A DNA stretch of 62,010 nt, counting the filler, from Squatina squatina (Eukaryota): NCBI GenBank assembly GCA_031763465.1. It is 3 parts of 3 records of this genome, joined end to end, with 100 filler letters (N's around TTAATTAATTAA, not from the genome) between each part and the next. Parts side by side here need not be neighbours in the genome. Positions count along the whole stretch, not along the records: positions 46,483 to 62,010 come from JARFOE010537707.1; 2 more parts are not named here. The stretch is one strand, 5' to 3'. The first letter of the stretch is position 1, and each line of letters begins with the position of its first letter. This document shows, one piece after another, positions 51,540 to 62,010 of this stretch. Made by a program: the position numbers and the translations under genes. The notes under the pieces are model-generated. The model did no database searches, had not been told where the DNA came from, and saw only the letters and a list, made by a program, of their open reading frames with translations.

Positions 51540-53830
51540 TTTAAAGTCTGTCTTTTTTTAGATCCTGCCCTTTATTTAGTTTGAATTTTCCTCCAGTTAA
51601 ATATTGTGATGCCTGATGCCATCTTATTCTGCCCCTACCACAGAGTCTGCCTCCTCGCAACTTCATTTCATCCCCCTTCTCACCCACTCTGATGCTGATA
51701 ATGACTGTCCACAACCTCGGTGTCCCATTAACTATCCAACTGACCTTTCGATCCCAAATCCTCTCCATGATGAAAACAATGCATTTCCACCTCCACAGCA
51801 TTGCCCTCTCACTGGTATCTTAGCCCATCTGCCTTTGAAAACTTCATCTGTGCTTTTTTCGCATTTAGACTCCATGACTTCAATGATTCCCTGGCCTGCC
51901 TCCCTTTGGCCACCCCCTGTAAACCTCAGCTCATTGAGAAGAAAGACAAAATTAAAGACTCTTTATTTGAATGTGCGCAACATTCGTAACAAGATAGATG
52001 AATTGACTGCACAAATAGAAATAAATGGGTATGATCTGATATCCATTACAGAGACGTGGTTACAAGGTGACCAACGCTGAGAACTGAACAATAGTGAGAA
52101 ATAATCTTAGCTCAGAAGGTCAAGATGTAGAATCCATTTGGATGTAGGTAAGAAATAGCAAGTAAAATAAGTCACTAATGGGAGTAGTCTGTAGCCCCCC
52201 CTAACAGTAGCTACACAATAGGATACAGTATAAATCAAGAAATGATGGGAGCTTGTAAAAAGGTACTGCAATAATCGGAGTTGATTTTAATCTCCATAGA
52301 GATTGGACAAATCAAATTGGCCAAAGTAGCCTTGATGACAAGTCCATAGAGTGTATTTGGGACAGTTTCTTAGAACAATGCATTGTGGAACCAACCAGTG
52401 ACCAGGCTACACAAAAACAAAATACTGCGGATGCTGGAATCTAGAATATAAACAAAAAAAGCTGGAAAAATACAGCAGGTCAGGCAGCATCTGTGGAGCA
52501 AGAAACAGAGTTAACGTTTCAGGTCGATGGCCATTCATCAGAACTGAAAAAAGCCAGAAATTCAGGAGGTTTTCAAGCAAGTGCAGGGGTAGGGAATGGA
52601 GGACGGGAGGAAAGAACAAAGGAGAGGTGGGAGGAAGTCAGAAGAGATTGAGATGATTTTGAAAAGAAATTCAATAAGTTGCCACATACAACATTACTGC
52701 GCAAGATAGGAGCGTGTTAGGAATAATATATTAGCATGGATAGAGGATTGGCTAACTAACAGAAAGCAGAGTGGGGTTAAAGTGGTCATTTTCAGGATGG
52801 CAATCTCTAACTAGTGGGGTGCCACAGGGATCAGTGCTGGAGACGCAACTATTCCCAATCTATACCAATGGCCTGGATGAAGGAAATGAGTGTATTGTTG
52901 GCACATTTGCTGACAAGACCAAGATAACAAGGGAAAACAAATTGTGAGGATGACTCAAAGAGTCTGCAAAAGGATATTGATAGGTTAAGTGAGTGGGTAA
53001 AAAATTGGCAGATGGAATATAATGTGGGAAAATGTGGAGATAACCACTTTAGTTGGAAGAATAGAAAAGCAAATTATTATTGAAATGGAGAGAGATTGCA
53101 GATTGCTGTGGTACAGAGGGATTTCGGGTCCTCGGACATGAAACATAAAAATTAGCATGCAGGTGCAGCAAGTAATTAGGAAGACCAATAGCATATTGGC
53201 CTTTATTTCAAGAGGGATGGAATATAAAAGTAGGGGAGTCTTGCTACAGCTGTACAGGGCACTGGTGAGGCCACACCTGGAATACTGCGTGCGGTTTTGG
53301 CTCCCTTATTTAAGGAGGGATATAATTGCATTGGAGGCAGTTAAGAGAAGGTTCACTACATTGATTCCTGGGGTGAAAGGGCTGTCTTATGAGGAAAGAT
53401 TGAGCAGATTTGGCCTATACTCATTGGCGTTCAGAAGAATGAGAGTGGATCTTATTGAAACTTGTAAAATATTTAGGGTCTTGTCAGAGTAGATGCTGAG
53501 AGATGTTCCCTTCGTGGGCGAAACTAGAACTAGGGGGCCTAATCTCAGAATAAGCGGTCGCCCATTTGACACCGAGGTGTGGAGGAATTTCTTCTCTCAC
53601 GTTGTCGTGAATCTTTTGAATTCTTTACCTAGAGAGCTGTGGAGGATGACTTCTTGCATATATTCACGGCTAAGATAAACAGATTTTTGAGCAACAGGGG
53701 AGTCAAAGGTTATGGGGAACAGGCAGTAAAGTGGAGTTGTGGCCAGAATCAGTTCAGCCATTATTTCATTGAATGGCGGAGCAGGATCGAGGGGCCGAAG
53801 GGCCTACTCCTCCTATTTCTTATATTCTTA
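51540..53830 (+). mobile_element. Long degenerate CR1 LINE (endonuclease, RT, 3' tail; internally deleted)
   Basis: LYLNVRNIRNKIDELTAQIEINGYDLISITETWLQGD (APE). agtggggtgccacagggatcagtgctg (SGVPQGSVL). LLQLYRALVRPHLEYCVRFW. CR1 tail at ~53830. Confidence 0.92.
52410..52640. mobile_element. Inserted repeat end, probably Penelope-like
   Basis: aaatactgcggatgctggaat...cagcaggtcaggcagcatctgtggag...aacgtttcaggtcga interrupts the CR1 copy. Family assignment is from recall only. Confidence 0.5.
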
Positions 53831-54084
53831 TGTAACTCTGTTGCTTGTAACCATTCCTGCCCCAGTTCCTGCTCAGATATCACTTGTGTTTTCGTTCAAC
53901 TACAGTGGCTCCTGGTTCTCGAATGCCTCCAATGTAAAATCTCCTTCCTCCAGATTAAGTTCTTTCATCAGCTCGACCATCCCTATCTCTGTAACCTCCG
54001 ACAGCCGTACAGTAATCCAGTGCCGCTGGAAATCTCTGTTCCCTCTGACTCTGGCCTCCTCCCACCTCCATCACTTTCACTGTA

Positions 54085-55380
54085 ACAAGGTTGGATTAGA
54101 CTAGGTGTGATGGTGGAATCGGAGATGGTAAAACCAGTGAATGACAAAGGAAGTTGGTTGCGCTCTCTTGTTAATAATGATCATCGCATGGCACTTCCTC
54201 TGCCTTCATTTTTAAATACCACTTGTCAACCCAAGCTTGCATGTTGCCCAGGCCTTGCTGCATGTTGTTTGAGATAGTTGGGCCTAGGACGCTGCCTCAA
54301 CTCCTGCAGTGATGTCATATGGCTGAGACGATTGACCTCCAACAACAACAACCATCTTTCTTTGTACAATGCATGACCTCAGCCAGTGGGGGATTTTTCC
54401 CCTGATCCCCACTGACTTCGATTTTACTTGGCTCCTTTGTGCCACACTTGGTCGAATGCTGTTGTCAGCAGCAGTCACTCTTGCCTCACCACTGAAAATC
54501 AACTCTCTCTTTTGTCCATGGTTGACCCAAGGCTGTCATGAGTTCTGGTGGAACACACATTTAAAATCGTTGAGCAGGTTATTGATAACTAAGTGTTGCT
54601 CGTTAGCACTGTTGCGACTCCTTCCATCATGTTGCTGATGATTGAGAGTGGGCTGATAGGACAGTAACTGAACTTGCTGGATTTGTCCTGAGTTTGTTTG
54701 TACCTGGGCAATTCTCTACGTCCTCGTGTGGATGTCAATGTTGTGCCTGTACTGGAACAACCCGACGTCAGCCACAGCAAATTCTATAGCACAAGTCTTG
54801 AAACAGTACAACCAGAGTTTTGACCGGACAGGCAGCATTTGATCTGTCCGGGTTACTCGGCCATTTCTTTTATCACATGGAATGAATCGAATTGGATAAC
54901 GACTGGACATTAAAGTCACCTTGCATCCTCCACGTGGTGTTCAACATGGAGGAACATTGACTGATCAGCTGAGGGGGGGGGGTGGCAAAGTGTGGGAATC
55001 AACAGCATTCCTTGCCGATGTTTGTCCTGAAGTCCTGATACTACAGAGGGTCCCGGGGTCCGGAGGGAATGTTGAGGACTCTCGGTGTCACACCCAGCTG
55101 AGTGTATACCACTGAGCCCCCTCGCAGGTGGGTCTGTCCTGGTGGGACAGGACCTAACCGTGGATGCTGATGGAGGAGTCTAGGACATTGGCTAATAAAT
55201 ATGATTCTAAAAGCATAACTATGTCACACTTGCCTAATGTGTGGTCCATCTCTCTGCACCTTGCACCAGTCTCGAGATGTTTGTGAGGAGGAATTTTCAG
55301 GGTTGACTGGGCTGGGTGTTCCTTTGACGTGTCCGAATCCGATGCTGAGGTCAAACCCAAGTGGTCCACCCGGTTTTATT
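54085..55380 (-). mobile_element. Degenerate CR1/L2-clade LINE ORF2
   Basis: YCPISPLSIISNMMEGV and GIRGKIPHWLRSCIVQRKMVVVVGGQSSQPYDITAGV RT-region remnants; DIVMLLESYL endonuclease remnant. Confidence 0.8.
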
Positions 55381-56506
55381 CTTCTTCGATATTCTTTTTG
55401 AGACTTGCGAGGCTATTTCAGAGGTGACCTCATTGGTGAAGGCCTGGAGTCACGTATTGGCCAGATCTTAGAAAATTAAGCTTCATGACAATCTGTATTA
55501 CCGATTCCAGCTTTTTATTTCCAAATTATTGAAACTGAAATTGTACTTCAAATTTACAAACTGCCATAGTGGAGATTTGAACGACTTGCCTTTGGATTAC
55601 GAGTTCAGTAACATAATGTGCATGCTACAGTATCTCAACATCCATTTTACACATTACAGATGCTGTATAGGTATAAGCTTTTGTTGATGAAAGCCGTCAC
55701 CACACGAGACCCATTGCTGGATCTGTGCTGCTGGTGACCGAGGTTTCATACCGGCAGTGAGTGTGCAAAATAATGGGTGTCAAACATCTCAATAATTGAG
55801 GGGACAAGTGAGTGGAGTGATTCGACTTTTCATCATTATTGCTATTGGTCGATTCTCCTGACCAAGAATCAGCAGTGATTGTTTCGCTTAGTTGGTGATA
55901 ATTTCTCAGGCAGTTTTCTGGCTGCTTCACTTCAATCAGAATCGTCCCTTTCCTCCCACTGGTGTTCTGACTCGCTGCTGTTTTATTTCTAATTAAATTC
56001 AAATTATGACAGCAGGAAGTAAAGGAGAAAAACGAGTGTTTCATATTGTCAATCAGTGATCTGATGTCCTGTTGAACACTGAAGGACAGAGAAAACTAAT
56101 CCCATTAAAACTACTGCAGATTCTCAATGATTCCTCACTCTTCTCAAATATACTTCTGTTTTCTATTTTGGTTTCATTTAATTTACATCCCATTAATAAT
56201 TGGATCAAGATCTGAGATGGATAGGTATTTCTGCGAGCGAGTGATATTATGGGATATGGAGCCAACCCTGATGGATGAAATTCGGATCCAGATCAGAACA
56301 TGGGAGAACATACTTGATGGGGAAAATGGCCTTCTCCTATTCTGCGTTCCCAAAATGTTTAGAATGGATCAGTACTCAGCCCCATGATTACTTTCTGTGC
56401 TCAAAACAACTGGGAGATACCATCGACAGAGCAGATCCTTTCCTTCTCATTCTCAGTGTTTGTCTTTCGCTCCACTCTTCAATAAATTCATTATTATTCT
56501 CTACAG

Positions 56507-56678
56507 AAAGTCGTTGAGCTCACGGAGAAGGGAAACCGGGCTGACAGTTCCAAACTTCTCCTCAATCTGGTGATGGAGAAAGGCTCGCAGGCCCGAAGGG
56601 TGATGTGGGAATGCTTTGTGAAAATGCGCCACGGGGTACCAAAGTTGGACAAAATACTGAAAGAAATACCAGAACTCG
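56507..56678 (+). CDS. NLRC3-like / NACHT-LRR receptor, N-terminal CARD-like exon
   Basis: ttctctacag|KVVELTEKGNRADSSKLLLNLVMEKGSQARRVMWECFVKMRHGVPKLDKILKEIPEL|gtacgg, 172 nt. Death-fold pattern LLL.LVM.KG..A...W..F of the expanded chondrichthyan NLR family. Confidence 0.82.
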
Positions 56679-56783
56679 GTACGGTAAAATCACACAGTGA
56701 ATTCAAATTCAGAATCAAACACTGCAGAATTTACTATAATATTACACAGATCTGATTTCATGAAAGCTTATTGATTTAAACAG

Positions 56784-56840
56784 GTTCTGATTCATTTGAT
56801 TACATGAACAGCACACGAGGATTACCCAGTCACCTGAAAG
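56784..56840 (+). CDS. NLRC3-like linker exon preceding the NACHT exon
   Basis: aacag|(G)SDSFDYMNSTRGLPSHLK|gtaagt, 57 nt, phase 1-1, compatible with the previous exon. Confidence 0.72.
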
Positions 56841-57107
56841 GTAAGTGAGGAAACTGTGATTTTAAAGCGTGTATTTCACTTCTGAGAATCGGGATGTTTG
56901 ACTGTAGCCGTTTCTTCAGAGGTTGGCAGAATCTGGGAAGCAGAAGCTCAAACTCTGAGGAAACAGGTTTGAATAGCATTTGGATTTGCCAGCAAAATTC
57001 ATCTATCCTGTGTGGATTCATACGATTTCTGACATATCCTGCAAATATAAGGACATCGCATTATTTCACTCACACCAGCCATTGCTCGCAACTACCAGTA
57101 AAGTCTT

Positions 57108-58203
57108 ATACACGCCTGGCAGGATCCTAATACACTGTGAAACCGCAGACACACCTGGCAGGACCCAGAGACACTGTGAAACCCCAGAGACACCTGGCGG
57201 GATCCAGAGACACTGCAAAACCCCAGACACACCTGGCAGGATCCTGATACACTGTGAAACCCCAGACACACCTGGCAGGATCCAGAAACACTGCGAAATC
57301 CCAGACATACCTGGCAGGATCCAGAGACACTGAAGCCCCATACACACCTGAAAAGATCCTGATACACAGCGAAACCCCATACACACCTGGCAAGATCCTG
57401 ATAGACTTTGAAACCCCAGACACACCTGGCAGGATCCCGATACACTGTGAAACTCCATACACACCTGGCAAGATCCTGATAGACTTTGAAACCCCAGACA
57501 CACCTGGCAGGATCCCGATACACTGTGAATCCCCAGACACACCTGGCAGGATCCTGATACACTGTGAATCCCCAGACACACCTGGCAGGATCCTGATACA
57601 CTGTGAAACCCCAGACATACATGGCAGTATCCTGATACACTGTGAAACCCCTTACACACCTGGCAGGATCCTGATACACTGTGAAACCCCAGACACACAT
57701 GGCAGGATCCTGATACACTGAAACCCCATACACACCTGGCAGGATCCTGATACACTGAAACCCCATACTCATAACTGGCAAGATCGTGATACACTGCGAA
57801 ACCCCAGACACACCTGGCAGCATCCTGATAAACTGCGAAACCCCATACACACCTGGCAAGATCCTGATACACTGGAAAACCCCAGACACACCTGGCAGGA
57901 TCCCGATACACTGGGAAACCCCATACACAGCTGGCAAGATCCTGATACACTGCGAAACCCCAGACACACCTGGCAGGATCCTGATACACTGAAACCCCAT
58001 ACACACCTGGCAAGATCGTGATACACTGCAAAACCCCAGACACACCTGGCAGGATCCTGATATACTGCGAAACCCAATACACACCTAGCAGGATCCTGAA
58101 CACACAGGATCCCTAATTACTGTGACACCCCAGATACACCTGGCAGGAGCCCGACTTACTGTGAAACCCCATACCCACATGGTAGGATTTCGATACACTG
58201 TGA
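57108..58203. repeat. 39-bp minisatellite (CACACCTGGCAGGATCCTGATACACTGTGAAACCCCAGA)
   Basis: About 28 tandem copies, some 37-bp variants. BamHI site in many units. Confidence 0.96.
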
Positions 58204-58584
58204 TTTGGAATACAATCATCCTATGTGCCGCAGAGACCCTATGGGCTCAACTGTAAAGAGCAGTGCCTTTAGTCATTTTTTATGTGTTACGTACGCCTCA
58301 GAAACCTGTCTCACCATAAACTGTAGAGAGATAGTGGGAGGAATATGTAATATTAAATTGTCATAATGTCACAACACAATCTGAGGCATTAGAAATTGTT
58401 CAATCCGATTTGAGAAGATGTACAGATATACATACAATCGAACATTAATGATTGATGAAATGTAAGGAAAAGACAATGTTGAGGATGACTGGAAAGTTAT
58501 TGGCTATCTTCTTATTGCAATGTAAGATATAACCTAGTCCTAAGTCTAGTCCTTTAATTCAGGAGATTTGTTAGATCCAGTATA

Positions 58585-59295
58585 CTGCAGTCGGAGCCTT
58601 CCTCCAGGCACAGGCTGGAAAAATCCATATGAATTTACCGGGTGGTGTGGGGGCTTTGAAAACTTGCGTCCTTGGCGCTCCCTCCACAGGTAGGCAGGCG
58701 CAGCGGTCCTGAGATCCTTCCAGTGTATGTGGTTCACATACACTGATGAGATCACGTGGGAGGCCCTAACCAATCAGGTAGGAGTATCTCCCATTCATGC
58801 TTCTGCAGATCTCTGTCATGCATGGACAATTTTAGAATATGAATGTGAGATAGCAATACATTTTAGAAACTACGGACACATTAAAATTTAATAATATTAT
58901 GTAAAATTAGATAAGTAATACAAAAGAAATTTAAGTAATTTTAATCTTTTAAAATATATAAAAATAAACTTGCCTTAATGGACATTTTTTAAACAATGTT
59001 CCAGTAATTTAATTTAATTTTGTATTTTTAAACACTTATGCTGGTAAAAGCAAGCCTGTAAACTTTCTTTCACCATGTGTAAGAAATTAACGAGCTTGCA
59101 ATGGGGAAATAGAGCAACTTTCTGCCCAGGAAAGCAATTTTCCAGTCCATGCAGATAATCTGTGAAGACAAATGTTGACGGATCTCAAGTCCTGGATCTA
59201 TGGATATGCACAGTGCAGCCCTAGACTGGGCACTTGCCGGGTCCCAGCAGGGGCAAACACCATGTACACACGGTGGGATCGCCAATTCTGCCCCA
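58585..59295 (+). mobile_element. MITE, family of 48922-49661
   Basis: aaccaatcaggtaggagtatctcccattca and gcagat.atctgt...acaaat.ttgac.gatc.caagt.c.ggatct blocks; right terminus aattctgcccc. Confidence 0.75.
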
Positions 59296-59803
59296 ATGAC
59301 GAACGGAAACTTATTTGTAATTTCCAAAACTTGCGTTATCTGAAACTAAGACTAAAGTGCAACAACTGAGTACAAATATTGGTGGAACAATTCAAATGAA
59401 CTGTGAATGCTTTCTGTTCGAACATTACATTCAGTGAAGAGGGCGGTATTTCTATTTCTAATTCCATTCACTAATATGACAGGACGGTTGTAAAATCATA
59501 TTCCAATTTCAATTTTCTCGGTTATTAATTATTTTGGGAATTGTGGGCCTGTTTCCTGCAGTAGTATTGTGAATGTCATTAAAACCTTTCAAAACGAAAT
59601 CTCTTGCCAAAACAGAATTCATCAAAGCCCCTCCCCCTTTTTTCAGGGTAAACTCCTAATACCTTACATTATCTTTCTGATTTTGCTGTATACTTTCACA
59701 ATGGCTGTAACCTTTACCTGTGAACAGTTGATTGTAGAAGAGCAGGTAATATCCTGATAACCAACCCGAAGCAACCACAATTTATTAGCTGTGCATTCAC
59801 AGT

Positions 59804-59806
<3 letters not shown>

Positions 59807-59866
<60 letters not shown>
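59807..59866. repeat. (CT)n microsatellite, ~30 units
   Basis: Perfect dinucleotide run. Confidence 0.98.
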
Positions 59867-59869
<3 letters not shown>

Positions 59870-59924
59870 GCACAATGTTCACCAGATAATCTGCCCCTTT
59901 TCTGATACAATAAGATTGGAACTT

Positions 59925-60055
59925 CAGTTAAGAGACGGAGAGGTTTAGGGAGGGAATTCCAGAGCTTGGGCCTTGGCAGCTGAAGGCCAGGCCGCCAATG
60001 GTAGAGCAAAGAAAAGCAAAGATGCACTAGAGGACAGCTTTGGAGGTGTGCAAGG
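59925..60055 (-). mobile_element. L2 LINE 3' fragment
   Basis: PKLWNSLPKPLRL, the L2 ORF2 C-terminal motif. Confidence 0.7.
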
Positions 60056-60149
60056 TCTGATACATTTCAGAGTGCAACTTCTGTCCATCTGAAGACTTTC
60101 TCACTCCCAGAAAACAAAATACCCCAGATAACCTATCCACGGCCTGACA

Positions 60150-61888
60150 CAATGACAGTGGGAGTCCAGTCCATTCACAGTATGTCCCTCTCCCAGTGAT
60201 ATTCAAGAATAGTGGGGCTCGTGTCCATTACAGTGTGTCCTAGTCACAGAGATATCCAATAATAGTGGGACTCCTGACCATTCACAGTTTGTCCCTCTCC
60301 CAGTACACAAATAACCTGCCCAGTGTGTAATACAATAACAGTGAAACTCCTGACCATTCCCAGTCTGTCCCTCTCCCAGTACACAAATAACCTGCCCGGT
60401 GTGTAATACAATAACAGTGGGACTCCTGACCATTCACAGTCTGTCCCTCTCCCAGTACACAGATAACCTGCCCAGTGTGTAATACATTAACAGTGGGACT
60501 CCTGACCATTCACAGTCTGTCCCTCTCCCAGAACAAAGATAACGTGCCCAGTGTGTAATACAATAACAGTGGGTCTCCTGAACATTCACAGTCTGTCCCT
60601 CTCCCAGTACACAGATAATCTGCCCAGTCTGTAATACCATAATAGTGAGACTCGGAACCATTCACAGTCTGTCCCTCTCCCCGTATACAGATAACCTGCC
60701 CAGTGTGTAATACAATAACAGGTGGACTCCTGACCATTCACAGTCTGTCCCTCTCCCAGAACAAAGATAACGTGCCCAGTGTGTAAAACAATAACAGTGG
60801 GACTCCTGACCATTCACAATCTGTCCCTCTCCCAGTACACAGATAACCTGCCCAGTGTGTGATACAGTAATAGTGAAACTCCTGACCATTCACAGTCTGT
60901 CCCTCTCCCAGTACAGATATAAGCTGCCCAGTGTGCAATACAATAACAGTGGGTCTCCTGACCATTCACAGTCCGTCCCACTCCCAGTACAAAGATAACC
61001 CGCCCAGTGTGTAATACAATAACAGAGGGTCTCCTGACCATTCACAATCTGTCCCTCTCCCAGTACACAGATAACCTGCCCAGTGTATAATACAATAACA
61101 GAGGGTCTCCTGACCATTCACAATGTGTCCCTCTCCCAGTACACAGATAACCTGCCCAATGTGGGATACAATAACAGTGGGACTGTTAGGGGTCTTAATA
61201 TTACAGATCCAGATGGGTCACTTAAAAGTAAAGATGAGCTTTTATTGCCTGATCATCAGGAGAGACCTGTACGTAAGCCCCTCAGCTAGGTGTACCGTCT
61301 CAAAGGATTCATCAAAGTTGCACAATTTATACACAGAAAGTGGTTACTTACAATACTGGTCTGTCTTACCTAATCTCTTTTCGTCCAATCACAACGTTTG
61401 TTTCATGATTTGTTTATCAATCACAGTCTCTACAAACAACACTTTGTCACATCTCACTGGTGCCAGAAAAGGAATGTAGCTTTTCAATAACCGCTGTGAC
61501 AACTGTAACCTATCTAGCGCCGTGATACATCTGGTTTCTATAACATGGCCTTGTGGGCCTCAAACTCCACCCCGCTTGTCTGTGAGATGAGGTAAGCTCT
61601 CATCATTCTTATCACAAAACAAAACACAGGCAGGCTGTTGTTCCCTGTTTTAATTAGTCTCGGGGTACTTGGTCAAACTAAGAAAAAACTTCCCATGATG
61701 CTTTGCTCACTTGCTGGTAACCTTTCAGCAAGTGGCTAGGTACCTGTGTCTGGTTGTGATAAACTAGTAAGAGGCATATCTGTATTTATCTAACTCAACT
61801 CTATTCTTAACCTATCAGGACTCCTGACCATTCACAGCCTGTCCCTCTCCCCGTACACTGATAACCTGCCCAGTGTGTGATACATTAC
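60150..61888. repeat. 76-bp tandem satellite, interrupted by a solo LTR
   Basis: Unit CCATTCACAGTCTGTCCCTCTCCCAGTACACAGATAACCTGCCCAGTGTGTAATACAATAACAGTGGGACTCCTGA. ORF-track hits recur every 76 bp. The array resumes at 61818. Confidence 0.95.
61184..61817 (-). mobile_element. Solo LTR (634 bp) with 4-bp target-site duplication
   Basis: TGTTAGG...CCTATCA termini. GGAC duplicated at 61180-61183 and 61818-61821. Minus-strand TATAAA (61326-61331) and AATAAA (61241-61246). Confidence 0.88.
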
Positions 61889-62010
61889 ATAGAAACATAG
61901 AAACATAGAAAATAGGTGCAGGAGTAGGCCCTGAGGCCCTTCGAGCCTGCACCGCCATTCAATATGATCATGGCTGATCATCCAACTCAGTACCCTGTAC
62001 CTGCTTTCTC
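61887..62010 (-). mobile_element. Young CR1 LINE 3' tail
   Basis: acatagaaacatagaaacatagaaaataggtgcaggagtaggcc...gatcatggctgatc. Confidence 0.88.

Noticed and set aside
57066-58103. 330-345-aa Cys/Gly/Val-rich ORFs
   Set aside because: Products of the 39-bp tandem repeat, open in several frames at once.
60150-61183. Regularly spaced repeats and a series of 75-aa ORFs, suggesting a CRISPR array or gene cassette
   Set aside because: Head-to-tail 76-bp satellite without unique spacers; no cas genes; eukaryotic context.

Overview
Eukaryotic DNA from a fragmented, low-coverage vertebrate assembly, almost certainly a shark or other cartilaginous fish. The lineage call is inferred from Deu-domain tRNA-SINEs, CR1/L2 LINE tails, Harbinger elements and a shark-type CARD-NLR exon. 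Three unrelated scaffolds are joined by artificial N44-TTAATTAATTAA-N44 spacers at 18120-18219 and 46383-46482. Scaffold 1 (1-18119) is a chain of short contigs separated by 100-N gaps. It holds isolated exons of GLUL (last exon), CACNA1E, COP1 (three exons, on conflicting strands) and a selectin C-type lectin domain; the human orthologues of all four lie on 1q24-25. Scaffold 2 (18220-46382) has an RPL26 exon, a few unidentified exon candidates and Harbinger remnants. Scaffold 3 (46483-62010) is gap-free and repeat-dense: nested CR1/L2/SINE/MITEs, two CARD-region exons of an NLRC3-like gene, 39-bp and 76-bp satellites, and a solo LTR with a clean target-site duplication. I see no convincing novel multi-gene system. 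The best leads are a selectin lectin domain with altered Ca2+/sugar-binding motifs (EPN->EPT, WND->WNN) and an intronic array of copies of the COP1 exon end plus splice donor. All gene and repeat names come from recall of family sequences, not from database searches.
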